DNA of 64,000 nucleotides. It comes from Takakia lepidozioides (lineage: Eukaryota; Plantae; Bryophyta). Every line of letters begins with the position of its first letter. Within the stretch, counting starts at the first letter, position 1. Below, piece by piece: positions 37,941-51,129 of this stretch. A program made the translations under genes and the position numbers. The stretch spans positions 93,310,001 through 93,374,000 of the forward strand of contig CM060731.1 of the NCBI GenBank assembly GCA_030704615.1, written 5' to 3'. Under the pieces are notes generated by a model. The model was not told the DNA's origin, ran no database searches, and saw only the letters and a program-made list of their open reading frames with translations.

Positions 37941-39865
37941 GGGTGCTGCTATTTCATGAGCCATGAGCCCTGAGCGGCATGAGCCATGAGCAGAGTCGTA
38001 AGTGTGGAAAAAAACATGAGCAGCACTATTTTCCGGAAATGAGTGTCCGCGGAATAGGGTTTAGGGTGCCACGGTCATAGGGGAGAAGGACCTCCCGAAA
38101 GGAGGTTCGGCAATGTTATTTAGAAATTATATATTGAAAGGCAATGTTTGCGAATGGTAGGGTGGTACTGCTCTGTACAATGGGGGCCCATTTCAGCCTA
38201 CCAGCCACTTGCAAAATCCACCCACACTCCCAATCCCAAACGAAATGAGCAATGACGCATTCTCGGAACGATGGACACAGAATAGAATAAAAAGAGGGCA
38301 CAATGAGGTTTTTATTGATCCACATGAATTGCATTTGAAGCACGTCTACTGTGCTGATTGTGCAATCAAATCTTTAGCCCTGTGCCTACTGAATACAAGT
38401 CACGTTGTCAATGGGACTTCGACTGCTCTCAGAACTAACTCATGAGTCATGGGGCTCCTCCAGGTAAAGTCGATTGCAGCCGTTGTACCGCCCCTAGTGA
38501 TGTTCACCACAATGTCCTGCCCTTCAATCATACCACCATCGAATATGGAAATCTTCACGTTTTCTCGTCGTCCACACCAATGCGAATGTCCCCATACAAT
38601 GGAGAAGAGGAGCGCACTCCTTCAGGAGAATAGGTCTCTCCGATGGAGTCCACCCACGTCCAGTGGCAGCAGTTCCACCGCAACAGCATAGCAGTGCGCC
38701 TTCTTCTGCATGGGTGACCGTCGTAGCTGGGAAAATCGGAATCGAGGATGCGCAGGAGCCACGGACTCCTCAGACCAAGATCGTCACCCCGTTCGAAGGC
38801 GTGGCCTAGGATATACTCAAAAGCCACCAATGTTTCCACAATCGAACCAGTATCTTCTGTGTAATCTGTGTACCAGATAACAATGTCTCCCGATGTGGCC
38901 GAATACATTGCATAATCGATGCCTCCAAATGGGCAGTCGTCCCGGTTCCGGAAGCACGGCATCCTTGCAAAGGAGGACCTGAGGACGACTTGGATGCCGA
39001 TGACCTTGCGGACAGCTACGAAGCCCTTAGATTTTGGAAATGATGCGAAGCGGAAGAGCAGTCCGGCCTCCAATAATGGAGCATCTAGGTCCCACGTACC
39101 CACCGACGGACGGGGTGGAACGTGTTCATCACGGCAGCGGTGGATGAAGCCATACATCTTTCTCATCAACAAGTTATAGTTTGAGATCTGCCACCGAAGT
39201 CCATCCCCCCGGATGGAAATTCGGCGCCGCATTTACATCGAGAGGGGATGGACTTCGTCGTGTCCAGTGGCTATCGGCCCACCTGGCAGTGACTGCCCAT
39301 AGTTTGCATGGCAGGGTAGGAAACTGAAACGGCTACATTCATGCAGCAGCCAATCTTCATCGGTCCAGGATCCTGTAGGGGGGGATTTAAATGTGCCCTG
39401 GAGTGTTTTGAGGAATTGCAGCGTTAGCTTGAACTTTTTCCACAGCCACCGCGCTGCTCCTCCTCCATCCGGGAGCTGCTGTCATTGAGCGTACTCCGCT
39501 ACTCTTTTTCAAGGATGCCGTGCCGCCAAAATCCAGCCGACTGCCCTTATCATGGCCATGATTATGCTATGTTCAAACCAGAATCAGGAGACATCATTGT
39601 CTGGCTCTCTGTTTTCACAGACGCTGCTGGAATCAAGCAAGAGTCTTTGTGCGCAATGGAGTATCTGGAGGGCTATTACCGCTTTGAGCGAGGTGAGGGC
39701 GAGGGTCAATGCGGTCCGTGGGTCCTGAAAATTGTTGACCTCGATATACCAAGCTGGAAAGGGATGCCGGAAGATCACGCACGGCCCTCGCTTTGGCGCT
39801 GGAACTGCTGCCAGTGGACCAGGGAGGACGGCACCGGGGAAAACTATATACGTGCAGATCACTCC
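37941..39865 (+). mobile_element. Left 1.9 kb of another element A copy (TIR, frameshifted X1, truncated X2)
   Basis: Direct repeat of ~14740-16666; starts GGGTGCTGCTATTTC. Confidence 0.92.
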
Positions 39866-40800
39866 TGGAGACAATGAATGGATGATGCGTTGTGCCAGTC
39901 CAATCCGTCTCGTTTCTCCGCCCTCCTTTGGAGAGAAAGTGGAAGCAGGTGGGATTGAGGCACCTCAGCTTCCCCGCACAGAGGACATATCGTACACGAA
40001 CACCATCAGCAATTTTCGTGCTACTGGTCTTCGTCACACACCAGGGGTGTCCGTCATGCTTTCGATCCATGTCTGTTAACATCCCGGAGGCTTTCTTTGA
40101 CGAAGAAACAGGTGGAAACTCGAAGATGACATTGCCATCGACTTCGGGAGGCAGAAAAGTTACCTTTCTGCTGACTGGGAATTTGGCATAGTCGAGAGCA
40201 GCCAGCTCGGCGAGAACCATCGAGGTGATGTTGTCGTAGGAGCTACACAATGGACCGGGTTGGAGTTATGCTCGAGGGCACATGCGTAGCACCTACAGAG
40301 ACGTCCATGCCGGATTTGAACGACCGTGTGGAGGACATGGGTACCTCAATGCAATCATCTTCCTCGTCGGAAATGTCGAATACGTCCACACGAGAAGCTA
40401 TGGAGGGTCTTGACGGTCCAGGTCGGGAATGATTATCGTTGCATACCTCTCTGTTGGCAGTGGCCGCCTCTCGGTTTCCGGACTCCTTTGTGGATGGTGT
40501 GGGCAGCGACTGATTCGGAAAGGGAATGGGCATTCCCACAGCTCGGTACAGGATGGTGTCTGACGGGGGAACGTGCCATTCGATTCCGCAACCTCCGTCG
40601 TTACCTAGCACGACAATGGTCTCGTCAACCTGTCCAGGAACATCCTTCCTTTCTTCTTCCAAATAAACTGTGCCCGGTTTGAGCTTGAATTTGGAACAAA
40701 GGTAAGTTTCAGTCACTCTGCAAAGTCCTCCCTCGTTTGGGATCCAGGCTCTCCCAAGTTGCGGAGGACAGCAAACTATAGCGTAGGAATTCGGAGCCAT
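39866..40800 (-). pseudogene. Truncated transposase A copy (N-terminal ~310 codons)
   Basis: Near-identical to 25773-26703, with indels. Confidence 0.9.
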
Positions 40801-41224
40801 CGAACACCGCACGGAGTTGGCAAGTGCGAGGTTCAGTATAGCGACAGACCAAGGCTCACAGGCACCATCTAAGTGGATCTGCGGAGTCCATCGACGATTG
40901 GAAGTCGCACATTGAAGTGGAAAGTATTGTTTCAAGCTACATGCATGAAGGTGGGAGGTTTGATTCCATAGCCAGTGAGTAGGACAATGATGGCCGATTC
41001 GGCGACGAAATAACATCTCCTGACAGTTTCTCCTGAGGGTGGATCCAGCAGTATTCTCGGTGCAGACAGGAACGTTTGCACTGACAAGTGCCAGGACTGC
41101 TGGTTAAAACGGTCAGACAACCAAGTTGTGCTCATCAAGACTGGCCGCAATTGTGTTGTTTCGGAACAATGCAACCCATTGAGGTTCCAGATTTCCCGTC
41201 ACGAGTGATTCTGTCGATTGCTGG

Positions 41225-42975
41225 TGGACGGAAATACGGCGCCGCATTTCCGTATTGCATCTTGGTCATGCAACAGAGCGACGGAAATGCGGCACCGAGT
41301 TTCCGTCCGGGGGAAACCTTTATACTCTCCAGAACGGAAATGCGGTAACGCATTTCCATCCAGCAAGCACGGTATGTGAAGGTGGAACGGAAATGCTGTA
41401 CCGCATTTCCGTTCTGATTGAGATTTATGAACAACGGGAACAGAAATGCGGCACCGCATTTCCGTCCGAGTCGCACTTTTCGACATTCCAGAACGGGAAT
41501 GCGGCGCCGCATTTCCATTTTGTATCTGATGCATGGAGCTGAGGGATAGAAATGCTGCAGCACATTTCCGTCCTTAAAAGACATTCATACTCTCCAGAAC
41601 GGAAATGCGGTACCGCATTTTCATTCAACAAGCACGGTATGTGAAGGTGGAACGGAAATGCGGTACCGCATTTCCGTTCTGATTGAGAATTATGAACAAC
41701 GGGAACAGAAATGCGGCACCGCATTTCCGTCAAAGTCGCACTTTTCGACATTCCATAAAGGAAATGCGGCGCCGCATTTCCATTTTGTATCTGATGCCTG
41801 GAGCCGAGTAAGATTCCGACAGCTTCATACAGCGCAATTCCGACCGGTTGAGACATTCACACTATCCAGAACGGAAATGCGGCACCACATTTCCGTTCTG
41901 ACTGAAAATCGTGAACTATCTGAACTGAAATGCGGCACCGTATTTCCATCCGAGTCGCACCTACCATCATTCCAGAACGGAAATGCGGCACCGCATTTCC
42001 GTTCTGACTGAAAATCGTGAACCATCGGAACTGAAATGCGGCAACGTATTTCCATCCGAGTCGCACCTACCATCATTCCAGAACGGAAATGCGGCACCGC
42101 ATTTCCGTTCTGACTGAAATCGTGAACCAATCGGAACTGAAATGCGGCAGCGCATTTCCATCCGAGTCGCACCTCCCAACATTCCAGAACGGAATGTATT
42201 AGATTTAAAAGGGAAATGCGGCACCGCATTTCCGTTCTGATGAAATATCCTGAAACATCGGAATTGAAATGCGGTACCGCATTTCCGTCGGAGTCCCACC
42301 ATCCGACATTCCAAAACGGAAATGCGGCACCGCATTTCCGTTTTGTATGTGAGGCATGGAGCTGTGGAACGAAAATGCGGGAAGGCATTTCCGCCAGCGT
42401 CAGTCGTTAATACTCTACAGAACGGAAATGCGGTACCGCATTTCCATTCTGACTGAAAATCGTGCGCAACGGGTACAGAAATGCGGCACCGCATTTCCGT
42501 TCGAGTCGCACCTTCCGACATTCTCGAACGGAAATGCGGCGCCGCATTTCCGTTTTGTATATTCGGCCTGGAGCTGTGCTACGGAAATGTGTTGCCGCAT
42601 TTCCATCCATGTGAGACCTTCAACCTTTCCAGACCGGAAATGCGACACCGCATTTCTGTCCAGGTGAGACCTCTATACTTTCCCGAACGGAAATGTGGCA
42701 CGGCATTTCCATTCATCAACTAACGTATGTGAAGTGGGAACGGAAATGCGGCGCCGCATTTCCCTTCTGAATCTCATACATGGAGCTGTGGGACGGAAAT
42801 GCGGCACCGTATTTCCGTTCAACAACTAAGGTATGTGAAGGTGGAACGGAAATGCGGTGCCGCATTTTCTTCCAACAAGTACGGATGTGTAGCTTCGTGA
42901 TGGTACTTAACGGAAATGCGGCGCCGCATTCGCATTCTCGCTCCAACTCATCAGACGCTGGGACGGAAATGCCTT
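41225..42975. repeat. 53-bp-period palindrome array (copy)
   Basis: Inverted counterpart of 23575-25345. Confidence 0.9.
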
Positions 42976-43368
42976 GAAATGTGAACACGTGGAGCAACGG
43001 AATTGCTGCACATGTCAGCACTCTATCTGACTGAAGGGGCATGAGGCGGCGCGGCCTGACCGTTGGATAATGATGTTTGATTTTCGGACGGCGGGCGTAC
43101 CCTCAACGATTCGAATTTCGTAATGACGCAAACTCCACGAGGAGACACTTTCGTCCAACGTTTCGAACCCAAGTGGTGCATCACCGCCGTTTCATCTACT
43201 TTTGTCGTGTCTCCTCAGTCACCCCTCTCGTGCCCTTTCCATCTGCACTCTTTGCCCCTTTTCCCTCTCTCTGTTCTTCTTATGCTCGAACCTGAGAGGG
43301 GGGGAGTTCGTGCACCAGACAGGAGACCTCGTCGCAAGCTCCGGAAATTATACTTCGGACGTAGGCCA

Positions 43369-46300
43369 ATGCCGAAGGGGAGGAAGCAGATGCGTCTACA
43401 GGAGGAGATTGCCATCTCCGAGCAGCAGGCCACTCAGGCAACCCAGCCACCAGTGAGAGCTCCATGCGATCGGGCTGCGCGCAGCTGATCGAGCACCGAA
43501 CCCCCCATTTTGCTTCTGTAATTCTTAGACTGAATGCTAGGAGACTTGAATGCAGAACATGTTTGCATGCCTAACAGGAAAGGTGGACGTGCTGGAGGGA
43601 TCGCAGGAATCCGAAGAGCCGCAGGAAGAGTCCGAGGAGCTAGCTGCAGCACGTACACCCACCCGATCCCCGAGCGCGGGTACTCCTGCCGGGCCTAGCC
43701 CTCTGCGATTCAAAGACGCGTCTTCGAAGGGCAAGTTCAAAGTCTCAGAGATCGACTCGCGTTCTTCGATCATGGAGAATCGCCAGCAGGGGTCGGGCCC
43801 TTCTCCAGCAAAGTCGAAGAAGAAGCAGCCCGTCCCTCTACTGGCTTCTGAACCGGCTCAGGCCGATTCACCCCCCCCAACGCGAATGAAGCAGCAGGTA
43901 GAAGACAGATTCTATTGCAGCAGACACCTTCACCTGCAAGGATGAGGAAGCAGAAGGCAATCAGGGCGACGGCCGAACAATCTCCCGCAAAACCGCTTCC
44001 ACGAGCTGAAGCTCAGTTCCTGGAGGATTTCCCGCCTGCAGATGTTGGGGCCGACTCTGCTGCAGCGAAGGCAATGGGATCGACCGTTGATCTCGATTTG
44101 GTACCGGAGGAGGGTGCTGCCGCTGAACGTTCGCAGGCAGACCTCACCACCGATGAGCTAGCAGGCCCGGAGGAGGCCTCTGCAGTGGCAGAATTGCCCG
44201 CACACAGGCCCCAGAGTGCAGCTCCAGTTGAGGATGCTCCACCTGCTCAGCCACTACCGGCACCTACAGACATGTCTCCGGAGGATTTCAAAAGTGCAGC
44301 GGATAAAATGTTGGAGGAGACACACAGTAGCATTGGCAGAGTTCTGGGCAGCAGGGTATTCCAGCGGACTCTTCGAATCCCACTCTGTCGCATGGTCTCC
44401 CTTCCCATCGTCAGGCAGGCCCTTCCCGGAGATGTGGATAAGCTCAAGTTCGCATTTCGAGAAGGGTACCGTCTGGGATCGGCAGCGTTTTACGTTTCCA
44501 TAGAGAATGAGGACGGCGAAACCCGTGGACCCACTGCCGATGAATTGTCAACGTGGGATACCCACTGGCACACTCGCAACCACGAATTCGAGGCGACGCT
44601 GAAGGGTGATCCCGACTTCGGCCATATGTCGGGAAAAATGTTCTTTGTGTGGGACGGGAATCACCGACTTCTCGCCTGGTGGGAGTACATCAAGCAGAAC
44701 CATGCCAAGCACATTGGCTGGCATTACATGGTGGAGTGTGTCATCCTCAAGGTGAAGGCGGCAGACTCCTCCCTCCTCAAGAATGCCATGGCGGACCTCA
44801 ACTCGTAAGATACTCATACCCTCCCTAGCACATTCGAAATGCGGTGCCGCATTTCGGTTTCCATTCTGGTTTGATTCCGTGCTTCCGTGTACTGAACTGG
44901 AGAGTGTGCCTTGCAGGGTCACTGAGAATGCGTACGTGCATACCCACATGGCACATATGCTGTACAGGGTGAGGAAAACTGGTCTTACTGATCCGCAGAT
45001 GTTTGCGGAAATGCTGGAGCCCGAGCTCATTCAGAAAGCCGTTGCAAAAACAGACCGGACATGGTATCGTCTCACTATGGATGGAATGGTGGAGGTGATA
45101 TACGAAGTAAGTCGTGCTCCAATTTCCCTCTGCTCATCCTTCCCCAATTTCCAGTAATGTTTCCACATGAATCGAATGTAACGCTTCTGCATGTTTTTGT
45201 TGGCAGTCAAACATCAAGCTGGATTTGGCCCATGCCAAACGCTTCTTCATGGAAAGTGAGGGGCAGGTGAAAACGTTGCAGTCATTGACTGAGCACTTGA
45301 AGGAAGCCGGTGTCAAGTCCAGAACCAAATACAAGTCAAAGCTTGTGAAGCTGGTGGCAATTGCAGATCCGGCACTTGGAAAGGACTTCATCCCCGAGAT
45401 TGCAAAACACTATTCTCGGGCCATGCAGCCGACCATGCAATTGGAGAAACTGCATCACCTCTCAACGGCATGTGTGGAGGCGAAAGAGAAGGTGAGGTTT
45501 CAATGCACTGAATTTCCTTCCTAGCAATAGCCACTCTCTTCCAGCCACTGACATTGGATCGGAAATGGCAGACACGGTGGCTGTCGATCTGGAATGCATC
45601 CGAGAGCATAAGGACAATGTGGTCTTTTCCACTGGAAGTTTCCGACCCTGCAGTGGATGTGTGGCTCAACCGTATGACTTGGTGGTTCCAGGTAATTCAA
45701 GGTACTTCCCCAGATTTGCTTTTCTGACATGAATTCCCTGAACTGCTACGTGACAATGCATTTGGGAATGGCAGGTAATGTCGAATGCAAAGGAGCAAGT
45801 CGTAATGCACACAAATTCGTTCGGCTTGTACGTCAAATGGGATGGAACACAGACATTGGAAGACTACGTGACACGTTTCAGATGTGCGTACAAGGACAAC
45901 CTTTTCGCCAGAGAGCTACAGACAGCAAGAAGGAGCGTGGAGTTTACACATCAGGAGGGAGCGGGGAAAGCTGCAATGCGAATTGTTTACAGGTGAAGCA
46001 CAGCTGCCCTTGTATGCGAAGCCTGGTTACGAGGTTTGTCTCGGAAATGCGGCACCGCATTCGCATTTTATGTTTTCGGTGGCACTCTGCGAGTAGGTTG
46101 GTCTCAAGTTTTGCTCACGCATGCTGACTGCCTTGCAGGTATATGAAATACGTGCTCCTTCAGACAGGGGCCCTGGCTCAAGAGCCCCCGTTCTTCATGG
46201 CTTGGACCGTGGCGGGCCCAAGCTGTGTCTACACACCCGAGATGCAGAAACAATGGCATCCCGCGCATCTCGTTGGATGCCCGTGGTACCTGGACATGTC

Positions 46301-48492
46301 TGGCGGTATTGTTGACGAGTCTGAGAAAGATCTGCACGCCTTGGCAGAAGAGAAGAGAAAGGAAAGACGTGTCCCTGCTGGGCCAAAGTCGGCAAAGGAA
46401 TCTGCTGCTCTGGAAGAATCCAGAAAGGCAGCTGAGATGGCACAAAAGACGGTGGATGCAGCTGTGCAGGCCCAACAGAAGGGGTCGAAGAAGAGGACTC
46501 GCCAGCAAGGAGCAGCTGTTGTGACACCCGCCAAAACGAAGAAGCAGAAACAGCCTGTTCAGGAAGAGGGTGAGGAAGAGGACTCCGATGGAGACTTTGC
46601 AACCAGCCCACCCCCCCAAACGCAGGCTGCCTCCCCTGTGCCCACCGTTGTCACCAGAGGCACGAGAACTGGCTCGGCAAAGAAGGCACTCTTCAACCCC
46701 CCAGGGGGGCACCCTTTCGAGCCGGTGGAAATGAAGAGGCCGAAAGTGGCTCCCGAAACTGTAGTCCAGTGTGTAAATGAGAGTTTCTTGGCGGCTTTGG
46801 ATGGACGGGCAGCCAAGTTGGCATACATGAAGACCATGGAGGGTCTGAAGGGCAGAGCACTGAAGAAGGCGACTGCCGAAGAGCCTTCCGACACCCCAGG
46901 ATTTCAGAATATGGTCTCGTTCTTTGAGAGGGTGTGTGCAGACAAGGATTGTAGGAGGGGCGGAAATGCCACCGAGTGGTCTTGCGATATGATCATCTTG
47001 GATATTCCGGACGGAGAGCCTGTGGAAGGACTGCAAGCTTTGCCATCTTGGAACAGGTACTCGGAGGACTTTTGGAAGAAAGGATTCGGGCTTGCCCGCA
47101 TGGTGTTGGACGACAGAGGCTGTGTGGTTGTCCTGGCGAGCAGAGGAAAAAACACTCAGACAGGAATTGCGAAGTGGACCCGCAAGAGCGCCGTCCCGAT
47201 TCTGAAAAAGAAGTGGACGTGCATCAACACACTGGGCCTTCGGTCGGAAGGGAAGAAGGTGATTACGACACTGGCACTCGTCCATTCATTTGCTTGGGTG
47301 CTTTCAAATGCGGTGCCGCATTCGGTTTCTAATCGTTTTCCCCCTGTGTATGCAGACGAAGCAGTTCGATGCATACTGCTTTGTGAAGGAAAACTCCACC
47401 TTTGCTTTCCGGAAGGAGGGAGGAAAGGTTGACCCGAACTGCGACCCACTCGATTACGACGTTCTGTTCAACAACGTTCCCAAGGAACTTCTCCCTCATA
47501 GCCTCACTTCAACGGAACCCCTGCGGTACTCACGGACTCGGAGCCCTGCCTTCATTCAGACAATTATGGAGACATGCACAGACGTGGAGGGCACAGTGCT
47601 GGACCTCATCTGTGGGACAGGTATGCAGAATCTTGATCTCTGCTGTTCTGCAAATTCTCGTTAGGATGTAGTTCGCAACATCTGAAGCGCCATGTGGTAA
47701 TGTGTGGATGGCATTGTAACAGGTGCCTCAATGTGGGCTGGGCGGTTTTCCGACCGGCACCTCTTTGCCTACGAGGAGGATTCATCCGTGTGGGGATCCC
47801 ATCTGGAGGGGCTGCAACGGAATGTGAAGGCTCCCGACAGAGCGGAAGTCTCCTCGGATTCGTCGGAGTCCGAGGAAGACACAGTGGACATTGATGCAGA
47901 GGAGAACCCGGAATACGAGTGAGTGCAAACATTGTAAGTTTGCAAAGCCTTCTGGGTCATTTATGTCAAAGGAATTTCCCGACTGTGGTTCTCATTAGTC
48001 TCGTTGATGATTGTCATGTGCAGGATTGCAGGGTCCGGGTCGAAACATGTAGGGCCTACACTTCCTGCCAGGAAGAATGTCCCGTTCTTTGCGAGGGCCG
48101 ACTTCATGACGAGCCCGGTGAGGGACTACTCCCTTCCTAGTTATGCAGCTAAACTCGCAAATACAGCGATTAGAAGAAGTGAGAATCCCAGTAAAGTAGA
48201 GCAGATTTTGGAGAGGGCTAGGGAGGACAGAAGGATAAGGAAAGAGTTGGCAGCAGCTCAGACAGGTAGACGGGTACGAAAGTACATATGTGATTCAGCG
48301 GATGAGAGCGACGCAGACAGGGAGGAAGACGACCCAACGGAGGTGAGATGGACAGTTCCGCAAGGGGAAGATGGGATTTTCGAAAGCCTGGCCAACGAGC
48401 AGTCCGCTGGAGATGAGAGAGGCACTGAGGGGGTGGAGGAGGAGCAGGACAGTCTAGAACAGGATGAGGATTCCGATGATTTTCAAGATTAA
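43369..48492 (+). CDS. ParB-like / beta-class MTase-like fusion, second copy (one frameshift near 43900)
   Basis: Exons read by eye: ..-44804, 44917-45106, 45207-45491, ~45545-45691, 45775-45992, 46139-47258, 47356-47620, 47723-47918, 48024-48492; DGNHR ~44653, DIPD ~47001, DLICGTG ~47602. Confidence 0.72.
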
Positions 48493-48639
48493 TAGAATTT
48501 TAATGAAGTCTCTGTAAATGTAAATTCTCTTCCAGAGTATATAAAGAAAATTCTGCCCGACATTCGTGACCCCTCTCCAGTGTGCATTCCAGCCACACAA
48601 TCGCCCAAACCAGGACGCTCCCAAAATCAGAAATGGGTC

Positions 48640-49440
48640 AGGGCATTTCCAAAATTTTGGCAACTCTAAGAACCTCTTTTGGAAATGCGGCACCGCATTT
48701 CCAAAACAGGGGAGGGACTAATTTTTCCATTTCAATGTTGGCATAGTAAAAAGTAATCTGAATTGGGAATGCGGTGCCGCATTTCCAAAATTTCCTTTGT
48801 CCACACGCCAGTTTTGGCCTCTCCCGCTCATTGCATGGATGCCACCACGCTTACAGAGGTCGAACAAGGAGGTCGAACAAGGAGGCCGACATGGCGGGAT
48901 TGGAAATGCGGTGCCGCATTTCCATATTGGGGATGGTGGTTGTTCGAACTGCAGACCCATCAGCAAAAACTGGCACCGCATTCCATTGTAAAAAAAAAGT
49001 CGATGACGGACATGGAAATGCGGCGCCGCATTTCCAGAACGGACATCGCAATTTGTCAATTTGCAGACCCTCTCTCGGAAATGCGGTAACGCATTCCATC
49101 GCGCTGGTCGGAAATAGGTGCACTTTTCGAAGTGTTGGACGGAAATGCGGCACCGCATTCCCTTGTCCAAAAAGAAGTTTCCATTGCCAAGCTGGAAATG
49201 CGTCGCCGCATTTGCAATGCCAACCTCGTTTTCTGATCAATTTATAGACCCGTGTTGGTATTTCGTGTACCTGGACGGAAATGATGCACCGCATTTTCTT
49301 GTCCCACATGGAAATGCGGTGCCGCATTTCGATGTCCGACATGGAAATACGGCACCGCATTTCGATGCGGACATGGAAATGCGGCACCGCATTTCGATCC
49401 CGACATGGAAATGCGGCGCCGCATTTCGATGCCGACATGG
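48640..49440. repeat. Palindrome array (copy of 17150-17947)
   Basis: Direct. Confidence 0.9.
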
Positions 49441-50054
49441 CGTTACTCTGGTATATTCTTGACACATGACTCACATACCGGTTACTCTGCTTTATTCAAC
49501 CAGACAGACAAATTGTAGAAATGAGACATCAAATTGTAAACAGTGGGCCAAATCCGAGAGTTATTCAACACAATGAAACACAGTCATACAGAAGTGAGGT
49601 ACATTCCAGGGCACACTCCAGGGCACATTTAAATTTCCCCCGTACAGGATCCTGGACCGATGAAGATTGGCTGCTGCATGAATGTAGCCGTTTCAGTTTC
49701 CTACCCTGCCATGCAAACTATGGGCAGTCACTGCCAGGTGGGCCGATAGCCATTGGACACGACGAAGTCCATCCCCTCTTCGATGTAAATGCGGCGCCGA
49801 ATTTCCATCCGGGGGGATGGACTTCGGTGGCAGATCTCAAACTATAACTTGTTGATGAGAAAGATGTATGGGTTCATCCACCGCTGGCGTGATGAACACG
49901 TTCCACCTCCGTCGGTGGGTACGTGTGACCCAGATGCTCCATTTTGGAGGCCGGACTGCTCTTCCGCTTCGTATCTTTTCCAAAATCTAAGGGCTTCGTA
50001 GCTGTCCGCAAGGTCATCGGCATCCAAGTCGTCCTCAGGTCCTCCTTTGCAAGG

Positions 50055-50618
50055 ATGCCGTGCTTCCGGAACCGGGACGACTGCCCCTTTGGAGGCATCG
50101 ATTATGCAATGTATTCGGCCACATCGGGAGACATTGTTATCTGGTACACAGATTACACAGAAGATACTGGTTCGATTGTGGAAACATTGGTGGCTTTTGA
50201 GTATATCCTAGGCCACTACGCCTTCGAGCGGGGTGACGATCTTGGTTTGAGGAATCCGTGGCTCCTGCGCATCCTCGATTCCGATTTTCCCAGCTACGAC
50301 GGTCACCCATGCAGAAGAAGGCGCACTGCTATGCTGTTGCGGTGGAACTGCTGCCACTGGACGTGGGTGGACTCCATCGGAGAGACCTATTCTCCTCGAG
50401 GAGTGCGCTCCTCTTCTCCATTGTATGGGGACATTCGCATTGGTGTGGACGACGAAAACGTGAAGATTTCCATATTCGATGGTGGTATGATTGAAGGGCA
50501 GGACATTGTGGTGAACATCACTAGGGGCGGTACAACGGCTGCAATCGACTTTACATGGAGGAGCCCCAGGACTCATGAGCTAGTTCTGAGAGCAGTCGAA
50601 GTCCCATTGACAACGTGA
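50055..50618 (+). CDS. X1 copy (187 aa)
   Basis: Near-identical to 15203-15766. Confidence 0.75.
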   Translation: MPCFRNRDDCPFGGIDYAMYSATSGDIVIWYTDYTEDTGSIVETLVAFEYILGHYAFERGDDLGLRNPWLLRILDSDFPSYDGHPCRRRRTAMLLRWNCCHWTWVDSIGETYSPRGVRSSSPLYGDIRIGVDDENVKISIFDGGMIEGQDIVVNITRGGTTAAIDFTWRSPRTHELVLRAVEVPLTT

Positions 50619-51129
50619 CTTGTATTCAGTAGGCACAGGGCTCAAGATTTGAGGGCACAATCAGCACAGTAGACGTGCTTCAAATGCAATTCATGTGGAT
50701 CAATAAAAACCTCATTGTGCCCTCTTTTTATTCTATTCTGTGTCCATTGTTCCGAGAATGCGTCATTGCTCATTTCGTTTGGGATTGGGAGTGTGGGTGA
50801 ATTTTGCAAATGGCTGGTAGGCTGAAATGGGCCCCCATTGTACAGAGCAGTACCACCCTACCATTCGCGAAACATTGCCTTTCAATATATAATTCTAAAT
50901 AACATTGCCGAACCTCCTTCATCGGGAGGTCCTTCTCCCCCTATGACCGTGGCACCCTAAACCCTATTCCCGCGGACACTCATTTCCGGAAAATAGTGCT
51001 GCTCATGTTTTTTTCCACACTTACGACTCTGCTCATGGCTCATGCCGCTCATGGCTCATGGCTCATGAAATAGCAGCCCCCCCGTATAAGTGTCTAAGTC
51101 CTAGACAGTCCTCTAACAGCGATCTGATG

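Larger units (their letters stand above)
39866..51081 (-). mobile_element. Inverted, truncated copy of element A (equals ~14740-26703, X2 deleted)
   Basis: ORFs and arrays mirror element A with scattered substitutions; TIR ends GAAATAGCAGCCCCC at 51081. Confidence 0.95.

Noticed and set aside
36381-37964. 527-aa repetitive ORF and overlapping ORFs
   Set aside because: By-product of a 96-bp (3n) repeat lacking stops; it starts inside an unrelated TIR
14740-51081. One 36-kb element with giant TIRs
   Set aside because: Flanks share no TSD; the TSD pairs 14740 with 30228, and the right arm is a separate inverted copy
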